Shown: piece by piece, positions 10,205-21,466 of the stretch
How the letters are laid out: each line of letters begins with the position of its first letter
Numbering within the stretch: the stretch's first letter is position 1
Assembly (NCBI GenBank): GCA_963808235.1
Contig: CAWEEQ010000004.1
Coordinates: forward strand, 960,001-1,024,000
Source of the DNA: an uncultured delta proteobacterium
Lineage (GTDB): Bacteria > Desulfobacterota > Binatia > Binatales > Binataceae
Length of the DNA: 64,000 bases
Reading direction: 5' to 3'
Made by a program: the position numbers and the translations under genes
The notes under the pieces: generated by a model
Told to the model about the DNA's origin: nothing
What the model saw: the letters and a program-made list of their open reading frames with translations, nothing else
Databases searched by the model: none

Positions 10205-11500
10205 CTACACGATTCCCGACTTGCCAGTCAGGTCTTGCGGCCTGGTCGACACCTTGCACTGACGATAACGGCTCTCCCTAAATGCCGCGACCGGGTCGAT
10301 TGCTCCGCCCATGCGCTTGCGCGCCATTTTGATCGCCGGCTCCACATCCATCCGCACCGCGTTTTGCAGCGTGCGATTAGCCATCAGGGCGTCGTTCGCG
10401 TCTTGCGCCGACTGCAACAGTTTGCGATCGACCGTCAAAGCCTGCGCGTAGGCGCGTTGCAAGGCGACCGCGCTCTCCAGGAGACTCTCGACAGGGTCAG
10501 TCACGTTGTGACTCTGATCGAGCATGTAGGCTGGCGCAAAGCCGGGAGCGCGACGCAACTCGGCGTCCACGAGTTCGTTGAAGACCAGGAAAATCTGGAA
10601 TGGGTTCACCGAGCCAGTGTCCAGGTCATCGTCGCCATATTTTGAATCGTTGAAATGAAAGCCGCCGAGGCGCTGAAACTGGATCAGCCGCGAGACGATC
10701 TGCTCGATATTGGTAGTTGGCGCGTGATGACCCAGGTCCACGAGGCACTGGACGTTGGCGCCAAGCTCGCTCGCGCAAATGTAACTGGTCCCCCAGTCTG
10801 CGATTACCGTCGAGTATAGCGCCGGCTCGTAGAGCTTATGCTCGATAAACGCGCGCCATCCATCCGGAATCGCCGCGACGATCACGCGCATGCTCTCGAG
10901 GTATCGCTCCAGCGCGCGGGTCATGTTGATCTGCCCGGGAAAATTTGAGCCGTCGCCAATCCAGACAGTGAGCGCTCGCGAACCGAGCTGCTTGCCGATC
11001 TCGATACACTCAAGGTTGTGCGCTATCGCCTGCTCGCGAACCGCTTTGTCAGTATGGGTCAGGCTGCCGAACTTGTAGGACAACTGGCCCGGCAGGTCCT
11101 CGAAGGTGTTCGAGTTGACGGCGTCGAAAACGATTCCATAGGAGCGCGCGAACTCCAGCAACTCGCCGAAATCGTTGACTCGATCCCACGGAAAGTGAGG
11201 CGACACTGTCGGCGTCGCGCGTCCCAGCTGTTGGATGACTGCGCAGTCCTCAAGCTTCTCGAAGACATTGCGCGGCTCGCCGGCGAGTGGAAACCGCGCA
11301 AAGCGAGTCCCTCCGGAGCCGACTCCCCAGCTCGGAATCGCGACCGCAAAGCGTTGGATACGCGCCGTGATCGCTTCGAGGTCAACTCCGCGCCGCGCCA
11401 GGACGTCGCCAAGATGCTCATAGTCGGCGGTCAAATCCTTCTCGAATCGCGCGTTGTGCTTCGCAATCAGGTCGGCATCGATTGGCATGCGTGGGGTCAT
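10205..11500 (-). CDS. rhaI: L-rhamnose isomerase (RhaI type)
   Basis: IPSWGVGSGGTRFARFP, EHKLYEP, DLGHH, HFNDSKYGDDDL, DQSHN. Confidence 0.93.
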   Translation of the reverse strand: MTPRMPIDADLIAKHNARFEKDLTADYEHLGDVLARRGVDLEAITARIQRFAVAIPSWGVGSGGTRFARFPLAGEPRNVFEKLEDCAVIQQLGRATPTVSPHFPWDRVNDFGELLEFARSYGIVFDAVNSNTFEDLPGQLSYKFGSLTHTDKAVREQAIAHNLECIEIGKQLGSRALTVWIGDGSNFPGQINMTRALERYLESMRVIVAAIPDGWRAFIEHKLYEPALYSTVIADWGTSYICASELGANVQCLVDLGHHAPTTNIEQIVSRLIQFQRLGGFHFNDSKYGDDDLDTGSVNPFQIFLVFNELVDAELRRAPGFAPAYMLDQSHNVTDPVESLLESAVALQRAYAQALTVDRKLLQSAQDANDALMANRTLQNAVRMDVEPAIKMARKRMGGAIDPVAAFRESRYRQCKVSTRPQDLTGKSGIV

Positions 11501-11518
11501 AAGAACCTCGTGAGAGCT

Positions 11519-13585
11519 TCAGCGCGTGAATGCCGCGGCGTTACCGGCGTCGACATTCAGGATATTGCCCGTGGACTTCGCAGATCGATCGGACGCGAAA
11601 AAATGCACCGCCTCGGCGACATCCGCGGGCGTGACGTTTTGTTTCAGCAGGCTTCGCTCCCGGTAAAATTTCTCCAACTCGGAAGGATCGATCCCGTAGG
11701 CACGCGCGCGTTCGGCCCGCCAACTGCTCGACCATATCCGCGAGCCTTGCAACACCGCGTCCGGATTTACGACGTTCACCCGAATTCCGTCTGGGGCCAG
11801 CTCGAGCGCCATGCATCGCGCGAGATGAAGCTCCGCCGCCTTGGCGGTGCTGTAGGCGGCCGCGCCTGACGACGCGACCAGCGCATTCTTGCTCGCGATG
11901 AATACGATCGATCCGCCCATGGCCTGCGTCTTCAAGAGCTGCGCCGCTTCACGTCCGACAATGAAATAGCCGGTCGCGAGTACATCCATATTGCGCCGCC
12001 AAGCCTCAAGCGTCGTCTGCTCGAAGCGAGCGGCAGACGCGATTCCCGCATTCGAGACCACGATGTCGACGCCGCCAAACTCCCGCGCCGCGAAAGCAAA
12101 TGAGCGCGCCACGCTGGCTTCGTCGGTAACGTCGCATCGAGTCGTGCGAGTCCGATCCTTGCCGAACTTGCGCTTGAGTTCGGCGCCGGTACGTTCCAGC
12201 GCGTCTTCATCATTGTCCAACAACACCACGCAGGCGTCGTCGGCCAGAAATCGCTCTGCAATCGCGCTGCCGATTCCGCCCGCACCGCCGGTCACTATCG
12301 CAATGCGCCCCGCGAGCGATTTGGGTAGCGGTTGTCGGCGCAGCTTGGCTTCCTCAAGCGACCAATACTCGATGTCAAATGCTTCCTGTTCGGGCAGTCC
12401 GAGGTATTCATCGACTGCCGACGCGTTTCGCATAACTCGTATCGCGTTGCGGTAGAACTCGGCCGCGATGCGTGCAGTCGTCTTGTCCTTTGCGAAGGTG
12501 AACATCCCGACCGATGGCATCAGGATGACAACGGGGCTCGCATCGCGCATCGGTGGAGCACCGGGTTTGGCACATCGTTCGTAGTACGCTTGATACTCAC
12601 CCCTGTAGCGCTCGATAGTTTCCGCCGCGGTCGCTCGTGCAGTGTTCGGATCGGCCGGAAGCACGAGCGGCCGAATCTTGGTACTAAGGAAATGATCGGG
12701 GCACGAGGTCCCGAGAGCCGCCAGCTCCTCAAACTGCCGCGCGCCGACGAACTCGAGCACTTCAGCATCGTCGCTGAAGTGGCCGATCTTGTGTTGGATC
12801 GCGCGAGACAGATGGCCGCGAAGTACCGGCATCAATGCCGACGCGATCGAGCTGCGCTCCTCAGCGGGTCGCGATGCGATCCGCTCACCACCGTAGGCAG
12901 TCACGTTTCGGATTCGCTCGGCGAAGAATGCTTCGGCGCGGCGGATCGTATCGATCGTGTTCTTATAACAGGCCTTCGACGTGTCGCCCCAGGTGACGAG
13001 TCCATGGCTCGCAAGCACCACTCCCCGAATCCGCGGATTCGCGCGGACCGTATCGCGCAACTTAAGCCCGAGATCGAAGCCAGGTCTTTGCCATGGAATC
13101 CAACCGAGTTCGCCGCCGAAAACCTCGCGGGTGATCTGCTCGCCGCGCCGCGATGCCGCAATGGCAATAACGGAATCAGGGTGGACGTGATCGACATGCG
13201 CGAATGGCAACAGCGCGTGCAGTGGCGTATCGATGCTGGCGGCGCGCGTGCTGCCGGCGAACGCACAATAGTCGAAGTAGGGGACTAGCGCATCTTCGTG
13301 CTCGCGCCCGCGAAAAAGATTCTCCAGCGCTGCGAGTTTGTCCTGATACAGTTTCGCGAAGCCGGACAGATCCATCGAGCCCAAGTCATCGCCGGATCCT
13401 TTGACCCAAAGGACCGTTACGCGTTCGTTGCTTAACGGATCATCGCACGCAATTTTTGCCGAGGTGTTGCCGCCGCCGAAGTTTGTCACCGCAAGATCGG
13501 CGCCCAGCAAGTGGGAGCGATACAAGAGAAGCTCGGGCTCTGACAGCGCCTTCGCGTCGGAGTCGTTCCATCGGTCGCTTATCAC
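11519..13585 (-). CDS. rhaD: bifunctional rhamnulose-1-phosphate aldolase / short-chain dehydrogenase
   Basis: NFGGGNTS, SIDTPLH, DHVHPD, CPDHFL, IEYWSLEEAKL, then SDR TGGAGGIG...YSTAK; adjacent to rhaI. Confidence 0.92.
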   Translation of the reverse strand: MISDRWNDSDAKALSEPELLLYRSHLLGADLAVTNFGGGNTSAKIACDDPLSNERVTVLWVKGSGDDLGSMDLSGFAKLYQDKLAALENLFRGREHEDALVPYFDYCAFAGSTRAASIDTPLHALLPFAHVDHVHPDSVIAIAASRRGEQITREVFGGELGWIPWQRPGFDLGLKLRDTVRANPRIRGVVLASHGLVTWGDTSKACYKNTIDTIRRAEAFFAERIRNVTAYGGERIASRPAEERSSIASALMPVLRGHLSRAIQHKIGHFSDDAEVLEFVGARQFEELAALGTSCPDHFLSTKIRPLVLPADPNTARATAAETIERYRGEYQAYYERCAKPGAPPMRDASPVVILMPSVGMFTFAKDKTTARIAAEFYRNAIRVMRNASAVDEYLGLPEQEAFDIEYWSLEEAKLRRQPLPKSLAGRIAIVTGGAGGIGSAIAERFLADDACVVLLDNDEDALERTGAELKRKFGKDRTRTTRCDVTDEASVARSFAFAAREFGGVDIVVSNAGIASAARFEQTTLEAWRRNMDVLATGYFIVGREAAQLLKTQAMGGSIVFIASKNALVASSGAAAYSTAKAAELHLARCMALELAPDGIRVNVVNPDAVLQGSRIWSSSWRAERARAYGIDPSELEKFYRERSLLKQNVTPADVAEAVHFFASDRSAKSTGNILNVDAGNAAAFTR

Positions 13586-13656
13586 GGCACGGATCGTAAC
13601 ACGACCGCATCGTAATTCAATTGAGGAAACCGCCTGACTTCTGTAGTGGTGCAGAG

Positions 13657-15048
13657 GTGAACAGAGCCCGGCCCGAAGCTGTCGTCGTTTTCGACGTCGG
13701 CAAGAGCAACGTGCGTCTATCCGCCGTCGACGATCGCGGAGTCGCGATGGCTACTCACGAGCGGCAGAACACCGTCGATAATGGGCCGCCATATCCGCAC
13801 TTCGACGCGGACAGTCTTTTTGAATGGCTGCTCGACGGAGTCGCGACGCTCGCGCGTGCTTTTGAAGTTCGTTCGGTAGTCCCCGTCAGCCATGGCGCGT
13901 GCGCCGCGCTGATCGACGACGACGGACTCGTGCTCCCGATCATGGACTACGAGTTTCGCGGCGTCGCCGAGGTGGATACCGACTACGACGCGATTGCCCG
14001 GGACTTTGCGCGCACCGCATCGCCCAAACTTCCCGCAGGACTGAACCTGGGCAGACAGCTTTTCTGGCAGCAGCGAAACTTTGCGCGCGAGTTCAGTCGC
14101 GCAACGATTCTGCCGTACCCGCAATATTGGGCCGCGCGCCTGTGCGGCATCCGCGCCTGGGAGCCGACCTCGCCGGGCTGCCATACCGATCTTTGGGAGC
14201 CGCGACGCAACGACTTCTCATCCTTCGCGAGGACGATGCGATGGGACTCGCGATTTGGCCGCTGGGTCAGCGCGTGGACGCCGCTCGGACCTCCGTTGCT
14301 CAAAGTTGCGTCTGCGACCGGCCTTTCCAATGATTGCGCGATCCTAGCCGGAATCCATGACAGCAACGCGTCGTACTTGGCGCATCGTGCGACTCGCGAA
14401 AAACCTTTCTGCGTCGTTTCGACGGGCACCTGGATCGTCGCGATGGCGCATGGCAGCTCGCTGGATTTGCTACGCGAGGAACTGGACATGCTCGCGAACG
14501 TCGATGCGTTCGGTAGTCCGGTGGCGACCGCGCGCTTCATGGGAGGACGGGAGTATGCCGCGATCTGCGGTACCGATGTCGGCCTTGTAGAGCCTTCCGT
14601 TCACGACCTGGAGACTGTGCTCGAATCGAACGGGTTGGCGATGCCGTCGTTTGCGGATCAAGGCGGGCCGTTTCGCGAGCACGCCGGCCGAATCGTCGGC
14701 AACATGCTCGAGGCCCCGCGCCATCGAGCCGCACTCGCGGCGCTCTATTGCGCGCTGATGACAGACCATTGCCTGACGATGCTCGATGCTCACGGCGATA
14801 TCATCCTCGAAGGAAAGTTTGCCGCCAACGACGCGTTCGCGTCGGCGCTTGCAGCGCTTCGCGCGCCGCAGCCGGTGTTTCGTTCTGCCGATGAAACCGG
14901 AACACTTCGCGGCGCCGTGGCGCTGTCGCTACTCGCGCGCGGAAAAAATCCGAAACCCGCCAGGCTCTATCTTTGTCCGATTGGTCCGATCGCTGAATTG
15001 AGATCAACTCGCCTCAGATGGCGAAGTCTTCTACACTCGACTGACTGA
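13657..15048 (+). CDS. FGGY-family carbohydrate kinase (rhamnulokinase-like)
   Basis: FDVGKSNV, GCHTDLW, GIHDSNAS, STGTW, ARFMGGRE; divergent from rhamnose operon; start approximate. Confidence 0.85.
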   Translation: MNRARPEAVVVFDVGKSNVRLSAVDDRGVAMATHERQNTVDNGPPYPHFDADSLFEWLLDGVATLARAFEVRSVVPVSHGACAALIDDDGLVLPIMDYEFRGVAEVDTDYDAIARDFARTASPKLPAGLNLGRQLFWQQRNFAREFSRATILPYPQYWAARLCGIRAWEPTSPGCHTDLWEPRRNDFSSFARTMRWDSRFGRWVSAWTPLGPPLLKVASATGLSNDCAILAGIHDSNASYLAHRATREKPFCVVSTGTWIVAMAHGSSLDLLREELDMLANVDAFGSPVATARFMGGREYAAICGTDVGLVEPSVHDLETVLESNGLAMPSFADQGGPFREHAGRIVGNMLEAPRHRAALAALYCALMTDHCLTMLDAHGDIILEGKFAANDAFASALAALRAPQPVFRSADETGTLRGAVALSLLARGKNPKPARLYLCPIGPIAELRSTRLRWRSLLHSTD

Positions 15049-15060
15049 ACGGAGGAAATC

Positions 15061-16011
15061 GTGGACAAGTATCCAATTCGCTTTGGAGTTCAGACCGGAC
15101 AGCAGAACGTTGAATGGGAGCAATTGCGCACCCTCTGGGGCAACGCCGATAGCTGGGGCTACGACTCGCTCTGGGTGTTCGATCACTTCTATCCAATCTT
15201 CGTGGAACCAACTGGCGCTTGCCTGGAAAGCTGGACGCTCCTTTCGGCGCTCAGCCAGAACACCAAACGCGCGCGGATCGGGGCCCTGGTCAACGGCAAC
15301 ACCTACCGCAATCCGTGCCTCCTGGCGAAGATGGCCGCGACGCTCGATCAAGTATGCGGTGGCAGGCTCAACCTGGGGATCGGTGCCGGATGGTTCGAGC
15401 TGGAGCACCGCAACTTCGGCTTCGATTTCAAGACCGTTGGCGGACGGCTCCAGGCGCTCGACGAATCATGCCAGATCATCAAGGAGATGTTCACCAATGA
15501 AAAGACCACGCTCAAGGGCAAGCATTACAACGTGGTCGATGCGATTTGTAATCCGAAGCCGGTGCAGAAACATCTGCCGCTGATGATCGGCGGGCATGGA
15601 GAGAAGGTGCTGCTCAAGCTCGTCGCGAAGCACGCTGACATGTGGAACATGGGCAATGCCGATGCGGACGAGATGAAACGGTTGATCGGAGTGATCGAGC
15701 GCCACGGCGATACGGTCGGGCGCAACACCGACGAAATCGAAAAGACCCTGATGCTCTCGATGTGCTACAAGGCGCCCAAACAGCGCGAGGAAACGCTCGC
15801 CGGGATCATCGCGATGATCGCGCAGACCACTCCCGACAAGGCGCGGGAGCGGATGATCGTCGGCAGCAAAGATGAGTGCGTCGGAAAAATCGAGCGCTTC
15901 ATCAAGGCCGGCGTCACCCACTTCATTTTCATGCACGTCTCCGCCGATGACCGCCGAAGACGATATCCAGGCATTCGCGGAGGACATCATCCCGCAGTTC
16001 CGCTCCGTTGA
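15061..16011 (+). CDS. LLM-class F420-dependent oxidoreductase (C-terminal frameshift near 15935)
   Basis: WVFDHFYP, YRNPCLLAKMAATLD, LGIGAGWF; natural C-terminus AEDDIQAFAEDIIPQF lies in another frame. Confidence 0.85.
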   Translation: MDKYPIRFGVQTGQQNVEWEQLRTLWGNADSWGYDSLWVFDHFYPIFVEPTGACLESWTLLSALSQNTKRARIGALVNGNTYRNPCLLAKMAATLDQVCGGRLNLGIGAGWFELEHRNFGFDFKTVGGRLQALDESCQIIKEMFTNEKTTLKGKHYNVVDAICNPKPVQKHLPLMIGGHGEKVLLKLVAKHADMWNMGNADADEMKRLIGVIERHGDTVGRNTDEIEKTLMLSMCYKAPKQREETLAGIIAMIAQTTPDKARERMIVGSKDECVGKIERFIKAGVTHFIFMHVSADDRRRRYPGIRGGHHPAVPLR

Positions 16012-17053
16012 GCTTGACGCGATAGACCTCTGCCGCGGTCTGGCTGAACAGGCGCGCTTTTTCCGCGTCGTTGAAACGCGCGGCGATCTTTTTGAACGCG
16101 TTCCAGAGCACCGCGTAGGAGCAGGAGATTTTATCGACCGGGAAGTTGCTCTCGAACATGCAGCGGCTCGGGGCCGAACCGATCGATCATATGAAGATAG
16201 TAGTCGCGGGTCGCCGCCGACGAGTTCGTCCGAGCTTGGCGGTGACGGCCGCTTGTGCCATCCGAATCCATTGACCGGCATGTTGATTCCGCCGAGCTTG
16301 GCCACGACGTTCGGGCATTTCGCGAGTTCCGCGATGTCTATTTTCCAGTGCTCGAAGATTTCTGCACGCCGCCCTTCGTAGGGGCCGATGCCGAGCGGTC
16401 CGCCGAAGTGATCGAGCACGATCGTCGTATCCGGGAAAGCTCGCGCGAGTGCGGTCAGACTCCGGATCTGCGGATGGTAATTCCACGCATCGAAGCTGAG
16501 GCCGAGCGGCTTCAATTTTCCAAAGCCCTCGCGAAACTTTTTCGATTCGTACAAATCGGCCGGCGGATTGGTGTGAGAATTTCTTATCGCGGGGTCCGCG
16601 TCGAAGCCCGCCGCGTGCCTGATTCCACGAAAACGATTCGGCGCCGCATCGATATGCGTCCGCAATACTTCTTCGACTTCGGCGCCGATCGACAAATCCG
16701 CGAACCCCACGATTCCCGCCGCAACTCGAGTCTCTCCATATTGGCCGCTCGCGCTTTGCGCCGCGATGCCGTTGACGAACTCCGTCTCGCCGACTGGTTT
16801 CATCGCCTCGGGACCGTCCGCGCGATACATCGACATGCACTCGACGAAGATGGTCGCGAGCACTCGATGACCCGACCCGGTGTCATCCACAATCTCGTCG
16901 AGCATGTAGCGACTGTCCGGATGGTCCCAAAGATGGTGATGCGGATCCACGATCGGCACGGTCCGGATCGATCGGCGCTTCCTTGGTTTGATCGAGCCAT
17001 GCGGCCCGCTTCAGATTTTGCTCGGATAGCCGTTCACTTTCGTTGCTTGCCAT
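16010..17053 (-). CDS. amidohydrolase family protein (frameshifts near 16960, 16215, 16170)
   Basis: MASNE...WLDQTKEAPIDP / PIVDPHHHLW / RGIRH / LDHFGG / AKLGG / MFESNFPVDK spread over different frames; end approximate. Confidence 0.8.
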
Positions 17054-17154
17054 CGTGGATGTCCTTGTAAAGAGAATCGCGCGCAGCCTAATTCAAGTAG
17101 CACTGGTATGCAAACCGCGACAATCGCTTATGCAGATTACAAAGGAGCAGCGAC

Positions 17155-17935
17155 ATGGATGCGATAAAAAAACTCGACCGCTCGGTGAAAGGTCGCGCCG
17201 TGTTGATCACAGGCGCCGCGAGCGGAATGGGACGCGCCACAGCGCACGTGTTCGCGGGTGAAGGCGCGTCGGTCGCCGTCACGGATATAAATGAAGCCGG
17301 CGTGGCGCGCGTCGTCGAGGAAATCAAGGCAGGAGGCGGAAGCGCCGAGGGCTGGCGTCTCGACGTGTGCGACGCCGCCGATATCAAACGAGTTGTCGCG
17401 GAAGTCGCCGGCCGTTTTGGCAGGCTCGATATCCTGATCAACAACGCTGGCTTCGGCGCTTTTCGCCCGCTCGGCGACAAGGATTACGACCAGGTTTGGG
17501 ATCGTGCGTTATTGGGATTGGTGACTGCGCAACAGCGCTTGGTGCGCGCCGCACTTCCGCATCTGAGGAAGTCGGACGCGGCTCGAATCGTTAACATCGC
17601 CTCGACTGAGGGACTCGGCGCAACTCCGGGCGACAGTCCTTACGTGGCGGCCAAGACCGCGGTGATTGGGCTCACGCGCGCGCTGGCCGTGGACCTCGGA
17701 CCGGAGGGGATCACAGTCAATTGCATTTGTCCGGGGCCGATTCGGACTGCGTTGACGGACGCGATTCCCGAAGAACACAAGACGATTTTCGGGAAACGCC
17801 GCACCGCGCTAAAGCGTTATGGCTATCCCGGAGGAAGTCGCGCACATCACGCTCAGCCTGTGTCTTCCGGCCGCTTCGTATCTCACCGGCGCAGTAATTC
17901 CCGTCGATGGAGGCCTGACGATCAGGAACGCATAA
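17155..17935 (+). CDS. SDR oxidoreductase (frameshift near 17830)
   Basis: TGAASGMG, NNAG, YVAAK; natural end PEEVAH...LTGAVIPVDGGLTIRNA* in shifted frame (TAA 17933-17935). Confidence 0.85.
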
Positions 17936-17970
17936 CGAATAGAAATTCGATATCCATACGGAGAGAGAAG

Positions 17971-18747
17971 ATGGCGGAAGGCAGATTGGCGAATCGCGTA
18001 GCAATAATCACCGGCGGAGCCTCAGGCATCGGCAAGGCGACCGCGGAACTATTTGCCGAGCACAGCGCAAAGATCGTGATCGGCGACTTACCGAACAGCG
18101 AGGGCGAGCAGGTAGCCAAGTCGATCGGCGGAATCTTCGTCGCCACCGACGTGCGCGACGCGAAAGCGGTCGAGAAGCTGGTCGCCACGGCGTGCGAGAA
18201 ATTTGGCGGCCTCGACATCATGTTCAACAATGCGGGAATCGGCATCGTCACGCCGCTCCTCGACACGTCCGAAGAGCTTTACTCGAACACTATTCGCATC
18301 GATCTCGACGGCGTTTTCTGGGGACTGAAGTACGCCGGCAAAGTGATGGTCGCGCAGAAACGTGGCGCGATAGTGAATACCGCGTCAGTGGCGGGCATTC
18401 GCGGCAGCGTCGGACTCTCCGCATACAACGCGGCGAAGCATGGCGTCGTCGGCCTGACGCGAAATGCGGCCCTCGAGTTTGCACCCGCTGGCGTAAGGGT
18501 AAACTGCATCTGCCCGGGAATAATCGACACGCCGCTGGTCGCGCGCGCTTTCGGCGCCACTGAGGAAATCCGCGAAACGATGCATCGATTTCATCCGCTC
18601 GGCAGGATGGGCAAGCCGCGCGAGATCGCGAACTGCGTGCTGTTCCTCGCCTCCGACGACGCTTCATTCGTAACCGGTCACGCATTGGTCGTGGACGGCG
18701 GAGTTTGCGCCGGCACTGGAAGCACCGAAGGGATCACCACCAATTAA
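17971..18747 (+). CDS. SDR oxidoreductase
   Basis: ATG after GGAGAGAGAAG; TGGASGIG, NNAG, YNAAKHG, VTGHALVVDGG. Confidence 0.9.
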   Translation: MAEGRLANRVAIITGGASGIGKATAELFAEHSAKIVIGDLPNSEGEQVAKSIGGIFVATDVRDAKAVEKLVATACEKFGGLDIMFNNAGIGIVTPLLDTSEELYSNTIRIDLDGVFWGLKYAGKVMVAQKRGAIVNTASVAGIRGSVGLSAYNAAKHGVVGLTRNAALEFAPAGVRVNCICPGIIDTPLVARAFGATEEIRETMHRFHPLGRMGKPREIANCVLFLASDDASFVTGHALVVDGGVCAGTGSTEGITTN

Positions 18748-18776
18748 ACAGGCGCGGATTCGCGCGTGGCTCGAGA

Positions 18777-19598
18777 CTAGCTCGAACGATCGCTTCGGAC
18801 CTCGGCAAAGCCGAGCCCATGATGCATCTTGTAGCCGACCAGCTCGCGCAGCTCTCGCGAAAGAGTTCGCGCGAGTTCCGGAGGAACGTCGAGGTATTGG
18901 TTCTCTTCCTGGCGCAGCCATCCGAGCGAATAGGAGAGAAAGATACCGTAGCGCCACGCGTCCGAACGGTTCGCGCCCGCGCCATGTAGAGTCCCACTCA
19001 TCCAGATCAGTACCGATCCCGCCGGCATCTCGCCCGATGCGATCTCCTCGGCGCGAGCCTCGCGTCCAGCCGGCCAGCGATGGCTTCCCGGGACGAGATT
19101 GGTGGCGCCATTCGCCGCGGTGAAATCGCTGATTGCCCACATGCTCGCGAGAACCAGGTTGGGACGCGGCACTTTGAAAAATTGATACGCGTCATCCTCG
19201 CGATGAAGCATCTGCATCGTTGCGCCCGGTCCGACCACCAGCGCCGATCCCACGTGCAGCTGGTAGGACTCGCAATTGGGTTTCAGGAAGGCATCGCACG
19301 CCGCGAGCATCATCGGATGGGTAACAAAACTTCGAAACGTCTCCGACTTCGCAATCAGCCCGGTAATGCGTTTGGTGTGGCCGGGATAGAAACCCCCGCT
19401 GTTCGAAAAATATTTGTTGTTGCGATCGGTCGCGGCGTTCTCGTCAGCCGCCTCGACGTGAGGCGCGAGCTCACGCGCAATCGCGTCTCTGGTCGATTGA
19501 TCGGTTACTCCGGTCACTACCGCGCATCCGTCATTTTGCAGAGCCGCAAGAAGCGCGGCTGCCGGTTCGTTCGACGATACTACCGGGATTGAAGCCAT
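18777..19598 (-). CDS. phytanoyl-CoA dioxygenase family (Fe/2OG) protein
   Basis: QMLHRED, FTAANGAT..VPGSHRW, LHGAGAN, WLRQEEN. Confidence 0.9.
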   Translation of the reverse strand: MASIPVVSSNEPAAALLAALQNDGCAVVTGVTDQSTRDAIARELAPHVEAADENAATDRNNKYFSNSGGFYPGHTKRITGLIAKSETFRSFVTHPMMLAACDAFLKPNCESYQLHVGSALVVGPGATMQMLHREDDAYQFFKVPRPNLVLASMWAISDFTAANGATNLVPGSHRWPAGREARAEEIASGEMPAGSVLIWMSGTLHGAGANRSDAWRYGIFLSYSLGWLRQEENQYLDVPPELARTLSRELRELVGYKMHHGLGFAEVRSDRSS

Positions 19599-19875
19599 CG
19601 AATTCCTCGACGCGTTTCAGATTTTCACCGCGACTCTACAACATCTGAATAGATTTGCAGCTATGACAAGAAAACACGTTCTAGCTCTACTACAAGAACT
19701 ATGTCGTGGCTGCACGCGGTATAAGATTCACTACCACTCTCGCCAGATCGTGTCACTTTTAATTTTCTGTCTTGACGTCCAGACGTCGCGAATCAACCAT
19801 AAGTCCCGCGAAATCAGTCGATGCCGTCTGGTCGACAAGTTGATAACGCACAAATCAGTTCACGGAGGAAAACAC

Positions 19876-21048
19876 ATGAAACTCAACAGGAGCATAAGAC
19901 TCACCAGGGGACTAGTTACTGCGATCGCCTGTCTTGGGTTCGCGATTGCGATAGCCGGTCCCGCTCACGCCAAGGGTATGAAGAAAGGAATGGGCTACGT
20001 ACAAACCAATCTGATTTCAAACATCTCGGGACTGGCCCAGGTCACCGATCCAAATCTGCTCAATCCGTGGGGTCTCGCCTTCTTCCCCGGTCTAAGTCCG
20101 TTCTGGATCAATGAGAATAACTCCGGCTTTTCGGCTCTCTACTTCGCCGATGCGGTGCCCTTTCCCGGGCTTCCAAGTGTAACTATTCCGCCTCCGCCGC
20201 CCAGCACCAGCTCCGGAACTCCAACTGGAATAATCGCTAACTTCGCGGTCGGCGCAGGCGCGTTTCAAATCGTGCCCGCCTCTGATCACACCATGAACTT
20301 CGGTCCCTCGCTCTTCATCTTTGATACCGAGGATGGCACCGTCGAGGCGTGGAACGAGACGGTACCTGATATCACCACCGCGGTGATCGTGGTCGATAAC
20401 TCCCAGGGCGGCGCTGCCACCGGCGCTGTGTACAAGGGACTCGCGCTCGGCTCGAACACTGCGAATGGACCACTTCTCTACGCAACCAATTTCCGCAGCG
20501 GGAAGGTCGACGTCTTCGACACCAACTTTCATCCGCCGTCGCCGGCGCTTAGTGGCTCATTCACCGATCCCAATGTGCAGCATGGATACGCCCCGTTCGG
20601 CATTCAGAACATCAACAATCAGATCTGGGTTACCTACGCGAAGCAGGACAAGCCCAAGCACGATCCGGTCAACAAGCCGGGGCATGGCTTCGTCTCGGTA
20701 TTCGATACCGACGGCAATCTGCTTCAGCACTTTGCGCAGCACGGCCATCTCGACTCTCCCTGGGGCCTCGCAATGGCGCCGGCCACTTTCGGCCAGTTCT
20801 CCAATGACCTCCTGGTTGGCAACTTCGGCGACGGTGTGATCAACGTGTTCGATCCGAACACGATGCATTGGCTCGCCGCGCTGCCAGGCCCGCACGGCCG
20901 TCCGCTGGTGAATGACGGACTCTGGTCGTTGACGTTTGGCGGTGCTTTGAATTCGGACGGAAGTACCTCGTCAGCGGACACGCTGTTCTTTAGCGCGGGT
21001 CTCAATGACGAGGCGGACGGACTGTTCGGTTCGATTGTGGCGCAATAG
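19876..21048 (+). CDS. TIGR03118 family secreted protein
   Basis: Signal peptide; YVQTNLIS, DPNLLNPWG, AVYKGLA, YAPFGIQ, LLVGNFGDG, DGLW, GLFG. Confidence 0.88.
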   Translation: MKLNRSIRLTRGLVTAIACLGFAIAIAGPAHAKGMKKGMGYVQTNLISNISGLAQVTDPNLLNPWGLAFFPGLSPFWINENNSGFSALYFADAVPFPGLPSVTIPPPPPSTSSGTPTGIIANFAVGAGAFQIVPASDHTMNFGPSLFIFDTEDGTVEAWNETVPDITTAVIVVDNSQGGAATGAVYKGLALGSNTANGPLLYATNFRSGKVDVFDTNFHPPSPALSGSFTDPNVQHGYAPFGIQNINNQIWVTYAKQDKPKHDPVNKPGHGFVSVFDTDGNLLQHFAQHGHLDSPWGLAMAPATFGQFSNDLLVGNFGDGVINVFDPNTMHWLAALPGPHGRPLVNDGLWSLTFGGALNSDGSTSSADTLFFSAGLNDEADGLFGSIVAQ

Positions 21049-21124
21049 TCCGAGCGCTGTCGCCTGTTACGAAGAGCCGGCGCGAGGCGGCGAACCGCCT
21101 CGCGCCGGAGTGCACGCGCAGTTC

Positions 21125-21367
21125 TTAGTAACCCGGAGTGACGGTCGTGGTCCGCTGTCTTTCGACCATGCCGTTGTTATCGGTGGTGGTAGTCGTGGTT
21201 GACGACATCGGAGCCGGCGCAGGAGCGGTCTCGACGACCGGGGCCGGCGCGCTTTCGACAACCGGTGACGGCGTCGTGTTGTCTACCGTTTTGTGATACG
21301 AGCATGCGGAAACCAGTCCGCATGCTGCGATTGCCGCCGGAATGATTACGAGCCGTTTGAAACGCAT
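21125..21367 (-). CDS. small Pro/Thr-rich lipoprotein (paralog 1)
   Basis: MRFKRLVII...VSAC lipobox; SYHKT...VERQRTTT. Confidence 0.7.
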   Translation of the reverse strand: MRFKRLVIIPAAIAACGLVSACSYHKTVDNTTPSPVVESAPAPVVETAPAPAPMSSTTTTTTDNNGMVERQRTTTVTPGY

Positions 21368-21466
21368 AGTTGTCGTGCCTCCAAATTTGCTGAGTTTTCT
21401 AATCAGCGTTGATTTCACGTTCGCACGTGATTCCTTTCGCACGTGATTCCCAATGACGCGCTGTTT

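Noticed and set aside
10205-15048. Rhamnose cluster as a novelty
   Set aside because: Matches the known RhaI / bifunctional RhaD / kinase pathway.
15466-16959. 497-aa amidohydrolase with novel C-terminus
   Set aside because: Frameshift read-through antisense to the LLM gene.
17155-18747. 530-aa double-SDR fusion
   Set aside because: The first SDR's natural C-terminus and stop lie in another frame and the second has its own RBS; this is a frameshift artefact.
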